Of a stretch of 64,000 bases of DNA, positions 54,471 to 64,000 are shown one piece after another. How positions within the stretch are numbered: position 1 is the stretch's first letter; the number at the start of each line of letters is the position of its first letter. Under the pieces are notes generated by a model. That model had not been told where the DNA came from. It did no database searches and saw nothing but the letters and a program-made list of their open reading frames with translations. The DNA is from Callorhinchus milii (Eukaryota): positions 49,478,001 to 49,542,000 of the forward strand of contig NW_024704743.1 of NCBI RefSeq assembly GCF_018977255.1, read 5' to 3'. The translations under genes were made by a program, and so were the position numbers.

Positions 54471-55706
54471 CTTATTTTTGAGAAGGGAAGCGCTGGGTCA
54501 CGACTAATGGGTTTGCCTATTACGACATCAACTCAGTGGAAAGTAAATACCTGCATGAAAGTCTTCTAATGGTCTTAGAAGTGGAGGTAGGCTTATGACC
54601 TGTTCTGTTTATTTTAGTATTGGCAAACAGCGCGCTGTGTATTACTTGACATCCTGGAATGTGTGGGCGTTGTGCACTGAAGTGTTCCAGTATAAAAGCA
54701 GCCAAAACAATTAATGTTGCTGCTTTCTTTGCCGACGTGTCGTTATTTTTGTTTGAGCCCTCACACTGATTAAATAGCTTCACTATTAATCTCCGAGGTT
54801 CAGGTGATTGGTAGCAGAATCTGAAGTCACCAATTTGAATGCTGAGGCATTGCAGGCCTGAACTCACTGCAACGGAGATGAAGGCTGCATTGCAAGCAAC
54901 ACAATATTTTATTCCAGTATGATGTCGAGAGCAGGTAGAAAGCATCTCTGGAGGCAAAGTATTACAAGAGTACTGAAGGTAAACCAGAGGCACAAATTCC
55001 CAGTGCCAGTTTATATGTTATTTCTTTATATATGACTACAGTTTCTTAACGTCATAGCTCCTTAAACAGATATTTTAAAAATGAGTACAAATATGAAGTC
55101 TGGGTGGATCCCATTGTTGTGACACCTGCTCTCAGTGTATCAAATGCAGGGTGACCACAAAGTCGTGAAGCTACCCTATTATCTAAGAAAAATATATAAT
55201 TATTTCTGTAAGACTTATTAGACATTGTAATGGTATCACAAATTTTGGTTTCCCTGTCTGTATATGATGATTTCGAATGGGATTCCTGAATTATAGCATC
55301 TGAGTGGGGATTCCGTCCAGTAACGGGAAGTACGTCATGTCATGTAACGCCAAGCCAAGCCGCAGGACTCCGTTCCGAAAGTAGGTATCCCCAGAGCGGT
55401 TATCGCGCGGATCATTGTGATGTGTCTCATACTTTGTTTCGTTAAGGAATCCTGTTGAAATTGTCGCATATTAGATCCCAGTGTGACCTTAGTGACAGTC
55501 CCAAATGAAAGCTTTAGATTTTAGGTTTAATTTTGTGCCGTTATCATAAATGATCTGTTGCATGCTGGATTCTATGTGCAACTGAACTAGCCAATAACAT
55601 CAATTCTTCCTGAAAGTATTTAATGTTCCAGAAATAAAGTGTAGTGACTTTAATATAAATATGAATTCCATTTGTAAACCAGTTAACTCACAAACTAAAA
55701 ATTTGT

Positions 55707-56035
55707 GGAGTCTTGTAGCATATTGGTTGGAGCACTTGCCTCGCAATCGAGGTTCGATTCCCGGGCAGGGCAAAACCTTTGGCAAGTTTCCTTACTCCAC
55801 ACACCTCTGGTTACCTAGCAGTAAGTAGGAACTGGTTGTTGGTTGATTGCCGGATCACTTTCCAGAGGTAATAATCCCTTAAACAAACAAACAAACAAAT
55901 AAATAAATAAATAATAATAATTTAGCCACTCAATCCGTGACTATTTGTGGGAAACTGCTGTGTGCAATTGGCTAACGCATTTCACCCTCAAAATATCCAG
56001 TCAATTTACTTTAAAGTACATTCCGTGATGCGCTT
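55707..56035 (+). mobile_element. tRNA-derived SINE, long form
   Basis: ggagtcttgtagcata..ggttcgattcccgggcagggcaaaacc; long-form internal segment. Confidence 0.82.
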
Positions 56036-56634
56036 TTCATTTGCAATTCTCTTTCCATTTTCAATTCTTTGCTGTTTTGTTTTATTTCTTGGTGTATCTA
56101 ATTCTTTATGGCCTTTTGGACCACTTCAGTGCCCCGCTGTATAAACTCTACCTGTATCTCAAAACCATACTTTATTCATTGATAAGATTTCATTCTTGGG
56201 ACTGACTGCCAAGTAATCTTTTTTTGTAAGTGGAAAATTAAAGTCCTCCTACATGTAGGCAGTTTACAACTTCTGTTTCCAGAACTGTTTTCGCTGACAA
56301 AATGTACAGTCAATTCACTTTACAGTATATTCTGTGAAGCTCTTTGAGACATCTTGAAGATGTGATATCAAAAGCAAGGATTATTATTAGTATTATAATT
56401 GAATTGAAACGTAATCTATTTTGAGAATGTATACTAATGTTCGTAGCTGAAATTAACCTTAAACGTGTGCATCACTTGCAAATTGTCAGTGGTCAACATA
56501 ACTTCTGAGCAAAGTAAAGTAAAATGAGATGATAATGCAGGATCGCAGAGTAATGGAAGATCAACCTGCGGTCTTACTGTGTGTCACATAAGTTTGGTTT
56601 GCATCTGAAACCTCTCATACTAGCGAGTTAGTGT

Positions 56635-57075
56635 GTCAGCCTGGTTCAGTTGGGAGACAGCATTCTCGCCTCTGTGTTAAAAGGTTGTAGATTCAAGCGT
56701 TGCATCGGAACTCACATAGTCTAAGACGGCACTCCCATGCAGTGCTGGTGGGGTGGGGGGCTGCATTGTGTTGGCATTGTGCTTCGGATGAGACGTTGAA
56801 CTGAGTTCCCATCTGTTCAGAGGGATGATAAGGTCTCATGGCATTATTTGAAAAAATAAGGGAGTGTCTCCCGATCTCCTGGCCAATAATCCTCCAAATA
56901 AAATTGGTCACTCACTTCATGGGTGTTTGTGGAACATTATTAAATGCAATTTATCTGCCATGTTCACCTACAAAAAATACAGTCACCACACTTTACACTA
57001 TATCCTGTGGAAAGAGCTTTGAGATGTCCTCCCGATATGAAAGGAACAATATCAAAGATAAGGATTATTATTATA
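56635..57075 (+). mobile_element. DeuSINE-type SINE, near full length
   Basis: tRNA-like head, cttcggatgagacgttgaactgag core, Deu-like domain, and tail. Confidence 0.78.
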
Positions 57076-57167
57076 ATTACTAATTCAGCTGTATGACTAC
57101 ACAGAGGTGCTGAGCTAAGAAATGGAAAAATCAGAGGGAGAGTCATCAATCAGACCATGGTAATATA

Positions 57168-57905
57168 CAACAACAACTTGTATTTATATATGGGGTAGCG
57201 TCCCAGAGCGCTTGACAGTGGCAGAGTCTGACGCTCAGCCAGGGGAGAGGAAGGGGGGAGGTGACTGTAAGCACGATCAAAATGGAAGATCTTAAAACGG
57301 GATTTGAAGGTGAGAAGGGAGGGGGCAAAGTATTGAGGGATTGAGGGAGAGCATTCCAGAGTTTCAGGGCGTAGTGGCTGAAGTCACATCCACCAATGGT
57401 AGAGCGAAGGGCGCAAGGGACAAACAGGACACTGGAGCAAGCCGAATGGAGGAATTGGGGGTAGGGAGGTGTGAGGGCATGAAGGGATTTGAAAATGAGT
57501 GAGAGGATCTTGAAATCAATTTGTTCGGTAGTTGGGAGCCAGTGGAGCCTGGCAAGGACTGGAGTGATGGGGGTATGGAGTTTTGTGCAGGTGAGTGTCC
57601 GGGTGGCAGACTTTTGGATTAATTGACGCCCACAAATATACGGTCAATTCACTTTACAGTCTATTCTGTGAAGCGCTATCAGACGTCGAGAAGACGTGAA
57701 AAGCGCTATATCAAATGCAAGGATTATTGTTATTATAATTTTGTGGGGAGCTGGCGAGAGCAGTGAGGAGGGCATTGGAATAGTCCAGTCGGGAAGTGAC
57801 AAAGAACAGGACGAAGGTTTCTGCTGCGTTGGTTGTGAGGTTCGGACGAAGGTTGGCAACCTGATGGAGTGCTAGGTTTGACGAGGCGCATTGGGGATAC
57901 AAGAT
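57168..57905 (-). mobile_element. L2 3' end with an antisense SINE fragment inserted at ~57627-57736
   Basis: [22 protein letters not shown]2 peptide and L2 tail; the SINE 3' part interrupts the frame. Confidence 0.8.
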
Positions 57906-59543
57906 TGGGTTACCCTCCTGCCCTTGTGCAAAGTGCAGGGAGACCCAGTTATAACAACAACAAATTACAAATTTGTATAGCGCCTTTCAGATCAGGAGGA
58001 CGTCCCAAGGCTATGGTAATGGGTGAAGAAAAGTCTAACCATAGGGCAGAAAATTAAGAAGGAAATTATTTTGGAGGAAAAGCACCAGAAGCTAACTTCC
58101 ATGTGTCATGACTGGAATTTGCTCTTCTATTTTATTGTGCTGGCTATTGCTGAATGCTCTTTAGTGGCTGACGTTGTGATCAACTGGTGTTTTCGTATCG
58201 CAGATGTGAGGTTAAAAGACTTTTCATCGCCGAGAATGTACTCGAGTCTATTTAAAAAATTTGAATGATGTGTGTGGCAAAGAAGCCTTCATACAAACCT
58301 TTTGAAGCCCTGAGTATTTGCCTGATTTACTCATTAAATAGAGCATTTCAGGTACAACGTACATGGGAGAGACTGAGAAAATTTAAAAAAATGGAAAGGT
58401 AGTAGAGAAAGCAAAGAAGCAAAGATGGTGAAATGTGGAAGAGAGAAGAAAAGAAACATGCTGTAAAATCTGAAGCAGGAAGATGAGGAAGTTTGAGGTA
58501 ATAACTAGTAATTAAATAATAATAATAGCAAGAAGGTGAAAAAGAAAGTAGTTAGGAGATTGTGAAGGAAGGAAATAGAAAAGTGAAGAAAATGGGGGTA
58601 TGGTTTAAATTGGAAATGTTTTACAAAAAACAAAGCTGGTTGGATATCAGGTCCATAGCAACTGTTTTAATTATGTTTTAATACTGTTTCATGTAAAATA
58701 TTATTCTGATTTAATTGTGGCTTAGTTTGATTCAGTTGTCATATGGAAATTGAATTCATTATCTAGGTTGACGCTCCTGTGCACTATTGAAGAAATGCTG
58801 CATTGTTAGACATGCCACCCTTTAGATAAGTCATTAAACAGTCCTGTGTGGGTCTATGTGTGAATATTAATGATCCCATGACACCATTTCAAAGGAAAGC
58901 AGGGAGTACTTTTTCATCCAAATTCAGGATCATTCATCTCATTACTTTTTGTGACACTTTCCTGGCAGGTTTACCTACGTAATAGCAGTCAACACACTTC
59001 AAAATAACTCAATTTGTGTGAAATGTATTGAGATGTTTCAGCCTGATAGGGTTGTATAAAACACTGGATGAAAACCCAAGTTTTCTAATTTATTTTGCTG
59101 TTCAGTTGAAGGAAAGAAACATGTTAATCTTAGAGTTTCTCAGTGTTTATCAGAATAAGACTGACCAGCAGGATCTCAAAATGATGTTAGTAATTTATTC
59201 AATCAAAACGGCATTGATGAGGTGCAATGCTAAACAATATTTGTGGAATTCAGTAGCGTATTGGTTAGAGCATTTGCCTCACAAGTGAAAAGATGGGTTT
59301 GATTCCTTGCCTCACACGTCTCTATTTACCTAGCAGGAAGTAGGAACCTGGTTGCTAGTTAATTGGCAGATTGCTTTTCTGGGAGTAATAATCCCTTTTA
59401 ACACATGCCTTCACTTACACTATAATGGACGACACCTCCCTAATTATATGGTATCTCGCTATGGAGAGAAATTGGATCCTGACCTGAATATCTAAATGTA
59501 ATGTAAGAATATTACATTCTGGCTCCACCCCAGTATTATCCAT

Positions 59544-59910
59544 GGAGTCCTGTAGCATAGTGGATAGCACGCTCGCAAGCGAGAGAACCAAGGTTCAATT
59601 CCTTCCTTGCGAAACGTTGGGCAAGTTTCCTTCCTTCACACTCCTCTGTTTACCCAGCAGTAAGTATGAACCCGGTTATTAATCGATTGGCGGATCATTT
59701 TTCCAGGGGTAATAACCCCTTCAAAAAAGATAATAATTTGGTCACTCAATCCACAACTGTTTGTGGGACGTCGTTGTGTGTAATTAGCTGCCGCGTTTCG
59801 CCCACAAAATATACAGTCAATTCACTTTACAGTATATTCTGTGAAGCGATTTGAGACGTCTCAAAGACATGATAAGGCGAGATATCAAATACAAGGATTA
59901 TTATTATATT
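59544..59910 (+). mobile_element. tRNA-derived SINE, long form (a second SINE 3' half follows at ~59930-60100)
   Basis: ggagtcctgtagcatagtggatagcacgctcgcaagcgagag head; complete core and tail. Confidence 0.87.
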
Positions 59911-60805
59911 ATTATAAAAATAGTAATAATAATTTAGTCATTTAATCCTGTTAGTGGGGCACTGCTGTGTGCATTTGGCTGCCACGTTTCATCCACAAAA
60001 TATACAGTCAATTCACTTAACAGTACATTCTGTGAAGCGCTTTGAGGCATCTCCAAGACATGATAAAGCGCTATATCAAATGTAAGGATTATTATTATCA
60101 TTATACAACTGGGACACATAGTTCAGATACGAGAGTGATCAAATCCTTCCTCCGGAGAAAAGGTGTGCATTGATCTTGTGTTGACGGACGATCTTTCTCC
60201 TTCAGTGGCGATGTCTTGCTCTCCTTATCAATGTATTGTGTTCATCATGTTTATACAGTTATCACATGCCGACCCCTGATCATGTTTAACTTTTTCACAG
60301 AAACTGCTCATGACCTGCACATGGTGGTTCTTTATCTCTGTTTTCCTCTTCAACCCCTTTTCAAGACCCCTCTCTCATCCTCCTTCTAGGAGCCACCTGT
60401 GTCTGGCACCATAACATTCCCCTTTATCAAGGCTGGAAAACACAAAGGTTACAGAACAACTCCTTAAAAGTCTTTCTCTCTGACTCTCCTTTCTTATATC
60501 AGTTCTTTTTTCATGGAAACATAACCTGCTCGAGGTCACTGATTGCTTGAGATGAGCAGGAAGGTGGCTGCAGCTGTACTTTTTCTTTTTGTCAGGATAT
60601 ACTAAGTGTGAGCACAAAGCGCACCTAGAAAAAACACCAAATAATGTAGCATTCAACAACAATAACAACAAGATTACATTTGTATATCGCCTTTCACTTC
60701 GGGAGGACGTGAAAGGAGGATATTTGTATTCAATGAAATACAAATGTCCTTCAAACAGAAGCTCACAGGTAATTTAATGGAGTCGGGCAACAAATACAGA
60801 ATGTG

Positions 60806-60809
<4 letters not shown>

Positions 60810-60847
<38 letters not shown>

Positions 60848-61151
60848 TTCCTTGCATTTGATATAGTGCTTTTCACGTCGGGAGGACGTCCCAAAGCGCT
60901 TCACAGAATATACTGTAAAGTGAATTGTCTGTATATTTGTGGGCGAACGTGGCAACCAATTGCGCACAGCAATGTCCCACAAACAGTCATGGATTGAAAA
61001 TGAACAATTTATTATTTTTTTTGTTTTGGAGGGATTATTATTAGGCGTGTGGAGTAAGCAAACTTGCCCAAGGTTTCGCCCTCTGCCTGGAATTGAACTC
61101 AGGTCTCTCGCTTGCAAAGCGAGTGCTCTAACCACTGAGCTACAGGACTCC
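60810..61151 (-). mobile_element. Full-length young tRNA-Ala SINE, short form, long (ATT)n tail
   Basis: Intact anticodon-like arm CTCGC-TTTGCAA-GCGAG and A/B boxes. Confidence 0.92.
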
Positions 61152-61771
61152 ATTAAAATTAAATTAAAAAATTAAAATTTATGATGATCATTAGAGGGCT
61201 TTGTGTAACATAGTGTTACCAGAGCAGTTTTAGTATTTCTTAAAGTACAAGAACTTGGTTATTTTTTCTGCAGCAAAAAGCTTTTTAGGATGAAACTCCA
61301 ATGCAATACTGGGGCTGTGCTGCATTGTTGAAGGTGTCTTTCTTCTGATGAGATGATAAACAGAGGTCCCCGTCTAGCTGTCTGGTGGACATTAAAAATC
61401 CTGTGTCACTATTTGAAAAGAAAGATGTGTGCAGCCTAATGTCAGTGCCCTTTAGATTTTCTGAAAGACCAGTTACTTTGCTTCAATACTTTACTTGATT
61501 TCTCTTGAAAAAATTGCCTCTTAAAGCAATCATACATTCAATATGAGTAGAGGATTCTCTCAAAGGTACCTTCAATGCAGCGATCCAGAAAAGAATGCCT
61601 ACTTTTACTAAACATTATTGTTTTAACTTGCTAAGGGAGTTTCTGCTAATGCTCCAAACTGACCTGAAGATTTACATCTTCAGAGTTGCAAGGCCCTCTT
61701 TTCTATACTTCTTTGTACATACAGAATTAATGTTTGAGGAACAATGTCAGATTACCTGTAATGTAGTCTAT

Positions 61772-62095
61772 GGAGTCCTGTAGCATATTGTTAGAGCTTT
61801 CGCCTCGCAAGTGAGAGGACCTGGATTCGATTCCAGGGCAGGAAGCAACCTTAGGCAAGATTCCTTACATCTCTGTTTACCTGGCAATAAGTAGGAACAT
61901 GGTTGTTAGTTGATTGGTGAATCACTTTCTGGGGGTAATAATCTCAAATGACTTGGTCACTCAATCCACAACTGTTTCTGCGCAATTGACTGTCGTGTTT
62001 CACTCACAAAATATACAGTCAATTCACTTTAGAGCACTTTGAGACATCACAATGATAAGGTGCTTTATTAAATGCAAGGATTAATATTATTATTA
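61772..62095 (+). mobile_element. tRNA-derived SINE, long form
   Basis: ggagtcctgtagcatattgttagagc..cgcctcgcaagtgagagg..ttcgattcc head plus internal segment. Confidence 0.82.
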
Positions 62096-62404
62096 GTGAT
62101 GATCTTCCATCGTCTTTGCAAGAATTGTATCTATCATATAACTTGTTTATTCCCAGTAAACTTCTCATTTACTGTTTAGATCTGCCTTGGCTTGGAGCAG
62201 TTTGTTATATTTTCATCCTCCAATTCTGCTGCAGTTTCTTGATTGGGAGCCAATAAGGTGCAAATGAAAAGCCATTCAAAGTTTAATAAAGAATATCAAA
62301 AATGGAAACTTTTTTCTTATTATGTTTGCAATCAATGATGGATTGTAGCACTCTCGCTCTGGGTTAGGTGGTTGCAGGTTTGAATCTCAAACCAGGACCT
62401 AAAG

Positions 62405-62475
62405 CAGTGGTGGCCAACCTGTGGCCCGCGGGCCGCAAGTGGCCAGTGGAGCCATCAAGAAGTGGCCCCTCGAAC
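62405..62475 (+). mobile_element. hAT/Charlie-like terminal fragment
   Basis: CAGTGGTGGCCAACCTGTGGCCCGCGGGCCGC is typical of Charlie-group ends; I did not find the other end. Confidence 0.55.
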
Positions 62476-62904
62476 ATTCGCACAGGTAAGTCCATGTTTG
62501 ATTGGGAGTGTGTTTTCATTTTTTTCTTGGTTTAATATTTCTTGATTTATGGCATAAATCAAGGAATATTCATCAAGAATATTTATTGCAATGGAATGCG
62601 CACTGTCTTCTTGGAGGGACGCATCCTGTCTATCTAGTATTAGGCAAGAGCCAAGGCTTGGGGATCCCAGAGTATGTGCTGGGGTACTGCTGAAGTCTAA
62701 CCAGCTGAAACCACATAGCTTGTCATTGAAAGCACTGTTTGGCAAGCAAGGCTCTCTACTATACCTACAAGTAATGGCCATAGGTCTTGTCTGATACTCT
62801 ATTGAATTGAATCTGTTGATTTTAACTAGATGTTGATCTGAAAATCAATTTAAAATTCCTATGCCACTTTAGAATGGCCTTTCATAACAAGCAGCAATTG
62901 TGAA

Positions 62905-63165
62905 TAGAACAGACAGAACTGAGATCAGGAAGCTTTCCTCCACAGAGGGTTGTGAAGGTGTGGAATGCTCTGTCCCAATAAGTTGCAGGGGCTGAATCAA
63001 TCGGGATGTTTAGAAGAGAGATAAACAAGTCTTGGGTAGTAGAGATATTAAGGGGTATGGCAAAAGGGCAGGGAATTGGGTTTGAAAAATCTAGTAAACT
63101 GCTGGAACAGTCTCAATGGGCTGATCCCCTTCCTCCTTTTCCTGTTTTCCTATGTTTCTAAGAGA
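62905..63165 (+). mobile_element. CR1 3' end
   Basis: RKLSSQRVVKVWNAL-type C-terminus and a ttcctatgtttcta tail. Confidence 0.75.
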
Positions 63166-64000
63166 ACTCTGATGCAATGGATTTTTTATACAACGTTTTC
63201 TATTGCTGGACATATTTGTGATAGTCATAGGTCTATTCTGATACTGTATTGAATTAAATCTGTTGATTTCAACTGATGTTGATCTTTAAATCACTTTAGA
63301 ATTCCTATCTGGCCTTTCATAACAAGCAAAGTCTGACAGTGTCTTAGCTGTCTGGTATTTACAGATTCACTTTCAGTTCATTGCTTGTTGTTGGTGGTAG
63401 TGAATGCTCCTTTCAGAACAAAACTCAGTGCCCCAAATTCTTCCACTTAGGTGCTTTTATATCTTCGAAAACACTGTCCCTACTACAAATGCCCCTGGGA
63501 TAAAGGTCAGATGCCATTTGTTTGATAGCTTTGTTTCTGATAATTTATTAGCTTCTCCTGGTTACCAAGCAGCAGTGTTGTTACAACTTACTGCCCTGTA
63601 CTTGTTAAAAAGGTTAACAAGATGCCATTTCTGAATGTTATTACTGTTCGGTTGTCTGCCTTGGTTTACCTTGGACCGATCTACTCCGTTATAATTACTT
63701 TGCTTGTGCTTTTGATAGGATCAGTAACTCAGATAATTTGTTGCCCGATGCTGGGAGGAACACGAACCAATATATGTGAGACCTCTCTTGCGCTGAACTG
63801 CAAGTGACTACTTACACATACTACAGCTGGTACTTGTAAACACTTTCTGTCGAGCTGTGTGAAAGAGAACTGAGTTTGAAAAGAATGAACACAAAACAGC
63901 TGTTGTTCATTTGTTCTGCCCTTCCAGTAGCCCGAGCTGCCTCGGGTATTTAAAATGCATTTGTGGTCCTGCTGCACACAACCCATTATTTAACTGCTAG

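Noticed and set aside
61075..61151. tRNA-Ala gene (also at ~24865-24938, 41880-41953 and 48845-48917)
   Set aside because: There is no acceptor-stem pairing or Pol III terminator, and the sequence continues into a SINE body and tail, so these are SINE heads.

Overview
Vertebrate genomic DNA. The DeuSINE/L2/CR1-dominated repeat content suggests a cartilaginous fish, possibly a chimaera (inference). The minus strand carries a complete 11-exon VPS4B gene (CDS 21403->5296, 441 aa, with a GC-AG last intron) and, about 2.5 kb downstream, the promoter and first coding exon of KDSR, matching the known vertebrate KDSR-VPS4B synteny. A third CpG island at ~26.3-27.1 kb contains a probable first exon of an unidentified plus-strand gene. 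The rest of the window (27-64 kb) looks like its large, repeat-filled intron(s), with one good candidate micro-exon at 52189-52251. Repeats include L2 and CR1 LINE fragments, young tRNA-Ala-derived SINEs (long and short forms) sharing the L2 3' stem-loop, older DeuSINE-type copies, hAT and Tc1-like MITEs, and minisatellites. The most unusual signals are: (i) TE remnants inside promoter CpG islands rewritten almost only by A->G/T->C changes, as expected from GC-biased gene conversion; (ii) a 150-bp spacer-less palindrome with one mismatch, plus two other long hairpins; (iii) GTGAGT (splice-donor-like) minisatellites in both first introns; (iv) an in-frame upstream ATG for KDSR. I found no evidence for a new multi-gene system, CRISPR array, rRNA or true tRNA gene.
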